Assembly (NCBI GenBank): GCA_905178155.1
Contig: CAJINV010000009.1
Span: 2,271,373 to 2,335,372 of the forward strand
Length of the DNA: 64,000 nucleotides
Source: Amoebophrya sp. A120
Lineage: Eukaryota > Protista > Dinoflagellata
Direction: 5' to 3'
Shown here: positions 49,580 to 61,265 of the stretch, one piece after another
Layout of the letters: each line of letters opens with the position of its first letter
How positions within the stretch are numbered: position 1 is the first letter of the stretch
Notes under the pieces: model-generated
What the model was told of the DNA's origin: nothing
The model's input: the letters and a program-made list of their open reading frames with translations, nothing else
The model's database searches: none
Position numbers and translations under genes: made by a program

Positions 49580-51628
49580 CGCATCGGCTCCCAGATGAAG
49601 TTCGCCAGGGTGTCCTTCACGCCGTTCTCGATTATCAAATGCAAAAGTGTCTGGGTCTGGAAGAATGCAACTTGTGATGCTGCATTTGGATTCCAAAAAA
49701 ATCTGTATTGCATGAGTACCAAAGGGAATGCAATTTTTGCTACGCTGAGAAGGCATTTGTCATGCATACCCGACTGCACCTCATCAAAAACCTTTGCACC
49801 GTCGCCGCAAGCAGCTTCGGACGCAGGAGAGGCGTTTGTCATGCGGAATATGCATCAAGAAGCCCTCAAAAAATCTGTATTGCTAGGGTAGGCATCACAG
49901 ACATCATAGCTCACGCAAAACGTGCATGACAAGTGTCAGAATCTTCCAGACCCAGACACTTTTACATTTGATATCGATGCAGTCCACGCCAAACCACCGG
50001 GACTCCGTGCTGGAAGCGCCCGTGTGCTTCTGTCGGAGCTTGTTCATCACCGCGGTGTTCTTTGTCGCTCGCGCTCTTCACGATCATAAATGAGTCGTGG
50101 ATAGATCGTTCGGCCTCGTCGACAAACTGCTGAGCGCCTCCACGGATAATCAATGTTGCGGCCTTTGTGTTCTCGCAGTCTTTGAAGAGGTTCCACCTGT
50201 GATGTTGTATCAAGATCAACATGCTCAATCAATCAATAGAGCATGTTCTTGTTGACAAATAAAGTTGTGCTATGAAGATGTTGTGCTATGAAGATGTTGT
50301 GCGAAGACGATTTGCACGATGTGCAGCCGATTTTTTTAGCAGAAGACTTGGGAAAAAACCAAGACGATGCTGGAAAAGAATCATGACCATGAGCCTGTCA
50401 AACAAAACCATGTATCAAATCCTACCTCTCCGCTCCGATCTGCACCTCTTCAAACTTTCCACAGGATCCCAAGACGCTCGGGTCCAGCCCCACGGTAACT
50501 GTCGTCTGGACCGCCGCCCCAGTGGCGCGTCTCGTCCTGTCCAAATCGGCGTGCTCGACCCGGCCGGCGCAGAAAATGTCGCGGTCGGCGAAGTACTGGG
50601 TGGCGAGGTCGCCGATAGCGAGCTTGGAGAGGACGACGTTGGCACCGGATTCAGCGATGTTGTCCAGTTTCTCGTAGATGATATCTGTCGTGGGGATATT
50701 GTAATGCTTTAGTCGGAGAAGTAGACGACGATAGCGATACAGGAAGTGGGCAGTTGTCATCTTACATTATGCTTGCATCATAGAAGCCATAGGCTCTGGC
50801 TCTTCATTTTGTGCTGATCGATAATTGTAGAAGTACATCTGTTGAACAACAAACAAAAAGCTGCAGATCAATACTCCATTCCGCATCGACAATGGCCTGG
50901 AACTTGCTGGGGTCGGCGATTCTGATTTCTGCGTTGTCCTTTTCGCTCTTCAGTTCCAGCTCCAAGTTCAAAAGTAAGAATTTTGGCTTCACAGAGCTCC
51001 TGGGCTGCTGCTCGAAGCCAGCGTAGGAGAAGGTTTTCTTGAAGGCAACGCCATTGATCAGCGTGGAATCCATCACACTGCCGCCCGTGACCTGATGTTG
51101 AGTAGATGAAAGTTTTTCATTTTCTCTGGTGTTTTCAGTTATGCTCTCTTTCTTCTATCTTCGTGTTCTTCGTGCCACAGTTTATTACAGGGCCTGCGTA
51201 AAAGGCAACATCTGGTGCAACACAAATTCAACATTATAGATACCTTTTTGATTCCGATTCCTCGGTAGTCCAAGTCGTCGCCTAGAATCTGGATCGCGCG
51301 AACGACCATTTCGGAAAAGAATTCCTTGTAGTCAGCCACCAATTTTGAGTTCAGGGTCGTCTCCGCTGTTGTGTATTTAGAAAAGCAGGATGGAGATTCT
51401 GTTAACAGGCTGCAGAACGAGCGCCAAAACGCTACATGTAACGCCAGTGTAACAAAACCTTTGCACCAGATGGAGATTTGAAGCGACACGAAAAAAGAGA
51501 AATCCATGCAAAAAATCATACCGCATTTCCGCAGCATGTTTGTCTTCTCTGCCGGGTCTTTTGTGGACAAATCGATGCTGATGTCCTTCAATTTCTGCAG
51601 CGCCAGCTCTGCCGCTTTGCGGTAGAGC
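49580..51628 (-). pseudogene. CCT7: T-complex protein 1 subunit eta, truncated at both ends, with frameshift and internal deletion
   Basis: [106 protein letters not shown]; 4-nt insertion near 50072; VAGGG..FDA segment absent. Confidence 0.9.
49633..49973. mobile_element. Introner family A, 341 bp
   Basis: TIR TATCAAATG(C/T)AAAAGTGTCTGGGTCTGGAAGA; TCGAT duplicated at 49628-49632 and 49974-49978; removal gives VDCI-ENGVK. Confidence 0.95.
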
Positions 51629-51638
51629 TGTGAAAGTT

Positions 51639-52817
51639 CCACATTGGTGCCACCTCATGCGGAAGTCCAGTCGAGTTCTCCGGCGGACCGCCCCACACCA
51701 TCACCGGAGTCTGGAGTAGATATGGATTGTTACTTATCGTTATCGACGAAAAAATCTAGGCATATGAATGTCGACGAATATTCCGCTACAGCTGCCAGCC
51801 GAAGCAAACACTAAAAACGAGCGAAAATCAATGACGTGGTAGAAATGGTGGGCAGGAAAATAGTAACTCAACACATAAAGGCAAAGCTCAAAAAGGCTCT
51901 AGCTCTCGAGTATGTACCTCGGGCGGCAGCTTTGTGTCCGGGTACCACCCCGCGGCCTTTGCGGCGGCCTTCGACGCAGCAGCGAATTCTGCGGCTCCGA
52001 AGGGAGCGGGGACCTGCGCTGCGAAGTACTCCGGAGCCCCTTCTTCGGCCTGGACTTTGTAGGCGTCCACACCCGTCACCGCGATTTCGTCTGGCGGCGC
52101 CGGCGTGACAAAACACGGCGTGACGGCCGGCACACCACCCCCGCACGGGATCCCGTACTCGGAAGTCTGCTCGTCGCACTTCGACACGCAGTCCAGCACC
52201 TTGGATCCGGCTTCCGGACCCGGGTTTCCCGCGCCATAGCAGGACACGGTGCCGACACCGCCCACCTCGCAGGGCCCACACGTGGACTCGGTTTGGCCGT
52301 TCAGGTCGTACTGGATCCACATGCACTTCGTTTCGGACGCGTCCCCCTTGCTCATACACTGGTTCTTCGTGATCTGCTTATCCAGCACGTCCGTGCAGGG
52401 ACTCACCTTCGTCCGCACCTCCTGGTGGCCGCACGCCATGTCGCACTTTACTACTTTCTGCATCGCGAAGACGCTCTGCTCCGCCGGACACGGCACACTT
52501 GTTTCCCCGAAGGTGCAGGGAAGACACAGCGACGGCGCGTTCTCGAGCTGCAAGAACATGCAGTGTTGTGCGTTACTCACGTCCAAGCAGCGCTTTTCAT
52601 CTCCATGAAACTGTGTGCATGGCGAGTCCGGTTCGGTCAGCTGCAACAGGTCGAGAACGGGAGCAAGATGGGCGTGACTCGGGCTTCTTGCTGGAAGATG
52701 CACCTCCTTAAAGAGTCGAAATCCCAGGGCACCAACCACATGTTGAAGCAAATAGCTCAGCACAAAAGAAAGCGACTGAAAAAGTAGTCGCTTTTTCCGT
52801 AATCCCACAAACGACAT
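51639..52817 (-). CDS. Cys-rich secreted protein, copy 2 (no introner, last exon truncated; possibly a pseudogene)
   Basis: ORF 51888..52865; lacks the equivalent of 44411-44494. Confidence 0.65.
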
Positions 52818-53109
52818 CTCCTCGACTGCACGCAGCACCGCAGGCAGCGGCAACTGCAAAGACACGACCTGAGTAATCCCTTACATTTTTCGTTTCTTGT
52901 TTCTACAGAACATCTCCATCTACCAGTGCCCTGCGCGGCTGCTACCCTGAAGGAACACGCACAGAAGCAAATTTCGCTCGAGAGTTTAATACCACATGCA
53001 CATTCTCAATGCCGTGACGTCTACGGACTTGAAGACGGTGAACAAAAGCGCGCCGAAGATATCATATCTTTCGCTGAGTGGTAGTGTGCGAAGTCAATCC
53101 GCGGGGTCG
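51639..53109. repeat. ~1.5-kb direct repeat, copy 2
   Basis: Begins ccacattggtgccacc and ends ccgcggggtcg, as copy 1 does. Confidence 0.95.
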
Positions 53110-55222
53110 GTTATTGCTTGATGAGGATGAAGTATGCCGCTTCAGTAAAACTTCTGTAGCTCCGGGATTGTATGGGTTTGGCAGTTTACCCATCAGGAAA
53201 TACCCACTGTCTCGTGCGTAGCGAAAAAATCTAGTCAGTGCAATTGTTTCGTTGCCCGGTACCTTGTAGATTAACGAAGAGGTAGCAGGGATGCCTTGAG
53301 CGGCATCTCCATCTGTGTCGTCTCCGTGTCCTTCTTCACCGTTTCTTGTTTTATAGCGAATACGCTTCGGATCGACAAACGCGTTTCTTTCTGCAGGAAA
53401 GAAATCGGTCAGCACCCCGGCTTGCACCGGGACCCAAAGGTGCAGCTCCATAGCGATTTGAGTTGGTTGTAGCTCTGCTGCAATCGAAGATGCACTCTCG
53501 GTCCCGTGTTGTCCAAACGAAAAGAGTTCCTTTGCGACCGCCCATTCCCAGCCGTCGACGTCAATTTTTAGCAGAGGCACGCGACACTGGTATGTCGTGT
53601 CACAACCCTCTTCCTCGAACAGGTTCTCCAATAGCCGTCGCCATGTTGTAAGCTTGTGTAGCACTGTACTGCTGGAACCGGGGTCTTGCGAGTCGTGTTC
53701 GTTTTCAAATAGCGGGATGATCTCCGAAGCTTCGCCTGCGTCTCGGTTTAGTTGTTGGCGCGAACGACTTTCATAGCGTTCGAACTCCTTTTCTCCTACA
53801 ATGCACACTGGATGGAAGCGAATAAAACTCGGCCGAGTCGAATTCTCCGGCTTACTTGTTGTTTCTGTCGTGCAGTCAAACGTATGGATGATGAGCTGCT
53901 CTGCGTCGTGAGCTTCAGGTCGCGGTGTTGTGTGGTACATTGCGGCCCTTGTCGTATTCTGCACGTTCTTTCTCACCCAGAGATGAATCGCTTCCTCGAA
54001 CGTCCAATCTTCGTTGCTACCAATACTGATGACAAGCATTTTTTTCGGTCGCACACCAACACTTTCGATTGCGGCCTTCAAGTGGCCAAGGAGACTATTC
54101 ATCGCACCAGCAGCGCCAGTTCGTGCACTGCTTGCCACACCAGCGCTCGTCACACGAAGAAAGTCACTGACACACACCAGCTTTGCCGGATCTGCTGCCT
54201 GGCCGCCAAAGCTTCCGATCCCGTGCGGGCATAATTGAGTGATGTTACTGGCAACGAATTGCCCCAAACCCGCGAAGAGATGCTTCGCCAGCGGAATACG
54301 GTGCATGATGTCAGAAATGCAGCACGTTTGAAAGAACTGACTATCGGTCTCGATGCGAAATCGCTTTCCTTCAAGCAGTTGGCGGACGAGCATCCCACGA
54401 GTCACAGTCGTTCGCTTCGCGGAGCCTGCATCATCAAAAACCGTCACCGATTGGCCTTCGGGTGGTGTCGACATTATCGCTTGTATTGCCTTCACAACAC
54501 TCGGATCTGACGGACCATACTGCTCCATGACACGATTCATGATCTGTGCAATGGATAGCTGCTCTTCGACGAAGTCCGTCCAGGCGTTCGGAACTGCGCA
54601 CTTTCCTCGTTTACGCCGCATGGGGAACGCGTACTCCTGCCACGGCTTATTCCGCGAAACATGTTGTAAAAGCGGATGCTGGGGATACGAAAACTCTGGA
54701 GCTTGCATGTCATGAGTGAATTCGGAGCTGACTGCAGTACTTTTTGAACTTTCTCGCTTGCGCATGATAGCAAGGTCTTGCTTTGGACTGTGCGTGTACG
54801 TCAACACCGGAAACTGGTTCGTGGTTGGATCTCTCCGGTACACTTGCATCATGTTGTAGATCAGCGCGCCTGGCCAGCTGATTTTGTACCTTAACAAGGA
54901 CTGGATTGGTTTCGTCGTCGACGCAACACGCATCATAATTCTTGAACGTCTCCACCTTGCCATCTTTCCAACAGGAAGTTGCGCTCGAACGATCCGCCCA
55001 CAGATCCGCATAGTCATCGAAGAGTTTGAGCTGGTCCGCGGCGTCGTACTCTTCCTCGGAATGGACACTGCGGTCATCGGCGACTCGGTACTTCGCCACG
55101 TAGTCGTGGGGTTGATCAATGCGCTCCGATAATCCGGCGCATCGGACTGAGCACTGAAGAAACAAATGGGTATAGAACCTGTACATGCTGGTCAACGACG
55201 CAATGGTCAGCAATGTTTGCAC
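53062..55222 (-). CDS. Methyltransf_22 (METTL24-like) domain protein, with apparent frame break near 54890
   Basis: ISIGSNEDWTFEEAI, IHTFDCT, LLKIDVDGWEW, QIAMELH; signal-peptide-like N-terminus lies in overlapping ORF 54710..55222. Confidence 0.75.
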
Positions 55223-55884
55223 AAATGCAAATCTACGTCGTCGTCGTAACGTTCACATTATTTTGCTATCAATATCAGCTCAAAGTCCACGGTATTATTA
55301 ACCACAGCAGGGGCACTCCGAGGTGATAGTATTGTACTTAAACAGCTCAACTCGTACAGCACGTATCTGCGGTCAGATCAGAATATTACCGTTTGGTATA
55401 AGTTACTTTTCCTACTTAACTTACAGCACACCACATCAGCGTGCGTGGTTTGGGCGATCCAGTAGGCAGTGCAGCTCATTGAGCTCTCAACATACGATCT
55501 GGAAACCGATCACAGCTACAGCCAAAGCTCTTTACGCAGATGGTATGAGCACTGCTGGGAATTATGCGCAGCACAGGCAGCGACAAAAGTTCTTGCGTAC
55601 GACCGATCATCGCTGCTTAACACAGTGGACATGCTTAACACAATGAACAGGACCAATCTTCCGGTATCATAGTGAGCAGTTTGCTCTACGGACGTTGCCG
55701 CTGGCTGCAGGAGCGCTGGGATATCAAGTAGGCTTACAAGCGTAGCATACTACGACAAAAGCTTACACTACTTGGAAGTCTGGCCTTAGCTACAACCGTC
55801 GTGGAATTATACCAACGACAGGAGCGCCAGAATGTCCTCAATCTCAGATTGTCATCATGAAAGAATAGAGGTGCTTGAAGCAAT

Positions 55885-55977
55885 TTACTTCTTCTTCATG
55901 GCCATCATCTTCTTCATGGACATCTTCTTCATGACCGGGGCCGGGGCGGCAGCCATCATCTTCATCATCTTGGCCAT
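55885..55977 (-). CDS. 30-aa Met/Lys-rich micropeptide MAKMMKMMAAAPAPVMKKMSMKKMMAMKKK
   Basis: ATG..TAA; A-rich context ctcaatcaagATG; all Lys codons are AAG; conserved with the tandem copy while the flanks diverge. Confidence 0.8.
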   Translation of the reverse strand: MAKMMKMMAAAPAPVMKKMSMKKMMAMKKK

Positions 55978-56520
55978 CTTGATTGAGTTTTTTTGTTGTC
56001 AGACAACACAGTTTCCCTACGGTTTTTGATTGAAGGTTAAAGATTGTTGAGCAGTGCAGTCATTGATTGTCATGTAACGATGTACGCATAGACTCCTCCC
56101 GCAAAACATCACTTTGTCGTCTCCTCTCTCCCACGTCTGCTTTGCGTTTTCGAGGTTTACCACCCTCTCTTTCTGTTTTCTACGAGTATTTGCTTTAGTG
56201 ATGTTCGGTTGTGCTTATCATAGTTGTAGCTCAATCAATTGATGAAACTGACACTCATCCTTTATGCACTCTCCTCATCAATCGCTGAAAACGAAAACCA
56301 ATTCCAATGCTGCACGCAGAAATTGCTGCGCCTTTCGCAGTGTAGTTCCTATAGTAGCACGTAGCGCGTAGACTACTACGACGCGTCGATAAACTACTAA
56401 CACATCATGCGCCAGCTTTAGCTACGACCGCCATAGATAACACTACGAGCAGGAGCGCTGGGCTGTTCCTAGGAGAACATTCTCAAAAGATTGTCATCTG
56501 AAGAGAGGCCGAGAAGAAAT

Positions 56521-56610
56521 TTACTTCTTCTTCATGGCCATCATCTTCTTCATGGACATCTTCTTCATGACCGGGGCCGGGGCCGCCATCATCTTCATCA
56601 TCTTGGCCAT
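56521..56610 (-). CDS. 29-aa Met/Lys-rich micropeptide MAKMMKMMAAPAPVMKKMSMKKMMAMKKK
   Basis: Tandem paralogue differing by one Ala codon indel plus a synonymous change. Confidence 0.8.
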   Translation of the reverse strand: MAKMMKMMAAPAPVMKKMSMKKMMAMKKK

Positions 56611-57759
56611 TGTGATTGAGTTTTTTGTTGTAAACAACACTTGTTCCCCTACGGTTTTTGGTTGAGGTAAAAATCAATATGTTGAATGAAGACGCACACT
56701 TTTTGTTCTCGCATTCGTCGCTCACTCTGTCTCTCCAGGATCAGAGCAGAAAAGCTCAACATCAATAGCTCCACATTCATCTCATTCGGTTCCAGTGCTG
56801 CAATTCAGTTCCGTTCTCTGCTTATGATACACACGCACAAACATCTACAGCATACGCTTGCCGCTCACGAGAAGGCGAAACACGGATCCTCACCTTCCGC
56901 GATTCCGCTTCCGTAATGAGTCATGTGTAAAGTTATTTTCCCACGTCGCAATGCATGTAAAGCAGATGTGTGCGCTTTGAAAAGATTCATTGGCACGGAC
57001 TGCACAAGTTCGTCAAAAGTGGTCCACATTTCTGTGACCACTTTCGAAAAGAAAAGTCAAGGCAGAGCAAAACATGCCTCGAAAGGTATTTGGAGTGTCG
57101 CATGCGAGCCAACAGGGCAACAAACTAAACCTGTGCTGATAAGACAGACATGTTATTGCGCCAGGGCTGTGTGACGTGCGACAAGAGTAAATAGACCTGG
57201 TCTGACGGAATGAAAGCACCTACGGTCTATAGCAGGCTCTTGCTACGGAAACAGCAACTGTAACAAACGCACTTATATATCATGTACTTCGCCTGGCAAA
57301 TATGCATGATCGCCATTGATTTTGCATCAAAGCAACATGCATGCCCGCAAGCTGAGATAATGCCATGGATGACTCAGACCGGTACTAAGATGTACGTTGT
57401 TATTATCGTCATCATTTAGTTTTAACTTACATCCTACTTTTTTGATGATGAAACAGAAAGTTTTCTTGTGATAGGTCTGGTACATGCGCGAGTGGCGCAT
57501 CCGCTGTCTCTGCTGCTTTTTGCAAACAACAATCTCAGCAGCGCTTGCGACAAAAATGCGAAGCTTTCAGCATGTCGCTTACTCGCGACCCATTCTGTGA
57601 CAAGGCTTCAATGCACCTTACGCTAGTCGGAAGGGCAGGGGCTTCTACCATATGTGTTTCAAACTACGTAAACGACGAAACAAAAACTGAAGAAACGACA
57701 AGAAGAAGAAGAACTACGCTAAACTAAGTGATAAATAAAGCATCCAGTCCTCCACGCAC

Positions 57760-60476
57760 TTACAAGAAGGCAATGGCGGCGACGACCGCGAACAACGAGG
57801 CGAAGCCGGTGGCCAAGGCGGAGGCGCTGCTTGTCGCACCACCACCAACGGAGACGACGGTTGTGGTAGTGGGGACCGTCAACGTGGACACCGTGGTGGT
57901 GAAGTTGTGCGAGGCCAGGGACGTTCCCGCAACGGCGGTGTTGATACCGGAGGTCACGGCAGTGGCGATGGCGGCAGTGGTCAAAGTCGGGGACCCACCG
58001 GATGTGGCCGCGACCATGTCATTCTTGGCGTTGGTGATCTTGGTGGCGTCGGTGGACGACAACTCGAAGTTACCAGTGACCGGAACGGCAGCCAACATAC
58101 GACGCTGACGGGTGGCTAAGATGCCCGACCAAGACATTGCCACGGCACTAGTGACGCCGCCCTCTCCAGCGGTGGACTTGCAGGCCGTCAAGGTGGAGAA
58201 CGGCTTGCCGGAGCCAACGACGGGTCCGCAGCAGGAGTCGTGCAAGGCCGTCTCAATGGCGGTCTTCAAAGTGGTCTTCTCCGTAGCGGTCAGGGTGGTG
58301 GGCAAGTCAACTGACAACGCAACGGCCGTGGTGTGCTTGGTGACCTGAGTGGGGGCGGAGCTGTCGGCCACGACAGTCGTGGTGGTGGTCGTAGTGGTGG
58401 GGTCCAGGCAAAAGTCCGTGGAGGTGCTGATGTTAGGTTTTGCAATTAGGCAACATATCCGCAGTGCAAGATCTAACAATGTAGAGATCGAGTCGCATCG
58501 ACAAAATCCACTCCAGTTGAGTTTCAATTGACTCCCAAACGCGACAGCGTAAATATAAATTGCATTTGTGCACACCACATGAAATATTGAAACGGCAAAA
58601 TCATAACGAAAAGGATGAGGACATTGAAAATCCGTGAAGGTGAGTATATTCTTGCATCAATACCCATTCGTGCCCAAGTAGCCCTTCAGTGCCACGGAGA
58701 TCAAGTGGGTGTCCGTGTCAACGAAAGTACGGAGTGCCGCCAATTGCGATCCTTGCGCCCCGCACATGAGAGTTCGAGATGTCGCGACAGCAGCGGCGGT
58801 TGGTGTGACTCCATCAGAACCGCATCCCGGGTTCCCGCTGCTCCACGCGACGGTCTTATCCGGCATAACGCCCTGAGCAACCCAGCAGTCCGTGGCGCCG
58901 ACGTCGGCCATGACGGCGGCGGAGGTCGAGTTGGCCTGCAGCGCAACGACCGCCAGGACCTGGGCAGCCATGCACGCCGAGTAATGCAACACGCCGACGT
59001 TCAAATTGGCAATGATGCAGGGCGTGCTGGGGGCGGCGGGGTAGTACAGCAGATTGCAGACATTCTCCAGTGCAATCGCGTTTGCGATTACGCCACCATT
59101 TCCTGCATGCGAAGCAAAGTTCGCCCCCATTTCGCCGTATGCCATTCGCGGGCACGCCATACCGTTCTTGCACAGCTCGGCAACACCGGCGGTAAACGTC
59201 GCTTGCGACGGCAGGTTACCTTGCGAATGGGAAGTCGAAATCTGGATCGAGTACGGAAAAACTGCTGCGAGAGATCGAGTACGGAAAAACTGCTGCGAGA
59301 TCGAGTACGGAAAAACTGCTGCGAGATCTATTCGAACTGAAGCTGTCTACTGCGGTGCTACTATTATGCAACAACTAGCTGCTTCAACACAGAAAGACCT
59401 CGACCTGGTGCCGATCAAATGACTTTGATCACGTTGAAAAAGCACAAATACCGTATGCTTCCCATGGAATCGTCATGTTGGAAGCGTTTCCGACGCTGTG
59501 ACCAGCGCCCCAGAAGGACGTCGGAGCAAGACCATAGAAATACGGCGCGGGCCCGGACATCGTGGAGTTCTCGTTGACACAGTTTCCATCGCGGGTGCGG
59601 CACGTCGAGTTGACCGTTCCGGAAGCGAATCCAGAGGCAAGCGTTCCCATGCTGAACGCAGCAACGCTTGAAACATCCTGGATTGCCTGGCAGCAATTGC
59701 CCGACCCGAAGATCTGCGTTTTCGGACCGTATTGTCCCGCCGTAGCCAGGCCGCCATTCGAGTAGTACATGCACGTGGCGCAGTAATTGCTCGCCGAGAG
59801 CGTGGTTGAACTTGGTCCCAACTTTGTTGAGACCAAGGTCTTCACAGCACCAGACGCAACAGAGTTAAGAGCGGTACGGACACTGTTAATGCACGCATCG
59901 TTGGTGTTGCAAAGGGCAGTCTTCTGAGCCGCGGCAGTGTCCTGCGCCGGAATCAAATCTGATCAGATGTTTTTCAATTGAACGTCACTACCAGTATAGT
60001 GTGAAACTGCAACATTCGTAGGTAGATCACATTCACATTAAGTACGCAGGATGCAGTACCAGTCGTCATACACTCTTAAGTCGTGATGTACTCTTAACAG
60101 AGCGGGAAAGCCAATGACACCGAGCACTCAAAATCTTTCACTTTCATACACCAAACAAAGAAAAAGTACTAGCAAGGGGCCCGTAGGTAATGCACTGGTT
60201 GGCAACCGGACAGGCGGTGATTCCGTGGCTGGCGAAGGTGGAAGCGGAGTACCCAGCCTCGGCCATGACTTCCACGGTAACCAACTTGGCGGCATCGCAG
60301 CATGCACTGGTCAACCCGGACAGGCACACGTTGTTCGCCAAGAAACAGTTGTTCCCGCACATGGTGGCATTGGCTGCCAAAGAACGCACCATGACGCTCT
60401 CTTCGAAATCATTCTCGAAGTCGCTCTGCGCCACCGCAGTTGCCGCAAGCGCGGCTTTCCACATCCAAAAAGCCAT
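57760..60476 (-). CDS. Cys/Ala/Thr-rich surface protein, signal peptide plus probable GPI-anchor signal, 4 exons
   Basis: In-frame GT-AG joins at about 60170/59959, 59452/59219 and 58664/58427; Thr-rich stalk; hydrophobic end FASLFAVVAAIAFL; GC3-biased codons. Confidence 0.8.
59245..59328. repeat. Intronic tandem repeat, 3 x 26 bp GATCGAGTACGGAAAAACTGCTGCGA
   Basis: Three identical units with a 2-nt spacer between the first two. Confidence 0.95.
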
Positions 60477-61265
60477 ACTTTTCCCTGGTTGGGATATATC
60501 AGAGGTTATCTGATAAAAAATCCCAGAAATTCTATGGTAATAAGCACACGTTGCGTGTAAAAGAATTTTTGGTGATCCACCTCCATTGTTTTGAAATTTA
60601 TGTAAAATGAGAAAGAATTTTGGATCTTTGCAGATGGCTCGATGGCAACGCTCAATGCACTGCTCGATGCAGCGCCAGGACGAGCAGTGCATAACTTTCC
60701 CTCGGATGAAGAATCCCAATCATCAAAATACATATTGATATTGTCTTGGCCCCGCTGGATCAAAAAAAAAGCGTCGGGAACATCACCCTTCGCAAAAGAA
60801 TCTGTCGTGACATCAAATCAAATCAAATTGTTTTCACGCCACTTAGTGCAGCCTGCATCGTCAGCGCCAGCACCACTGCGAAACGTAAAATGCATTCCGA
60901 AACCGTGTCGACTTGACGTTCATGTACATAGTTGCTACGTCATGCGCCTCGTCTAGTATGAGATTCTCGTAAGTGCTTTGTCCTTCTTTATTGGCGATGA
61001 AACACGGTATGTCGTGCGCGAGAAACAAGCTATCCATTCTGACACAGGGAGTATGCTAGACATGAGGTTCGTTCCGAGGTAGAAAGATCCTCGCGCAGAA
61101 CCCTTGAACTCGTGCTCCTACCGGCAACAAGACGCAACTTGGCATCAAGTCGGTGTGGTATATCAGTTCACAAAGCTACGCTTTGTCACCTTGTCAATCC
61201 GCTGCCGTTTGTCCTTGCGCCTCACAAGAAGCATCAAAATGTTCATCGCGAAAGGTTGTACCTGA

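Noticed and set aside
59245-59328. 26-bp repeats as a CRISPR array
   Set aside because: No spacers, no cas genes, and the repeats lie inside a eukaryotic intron
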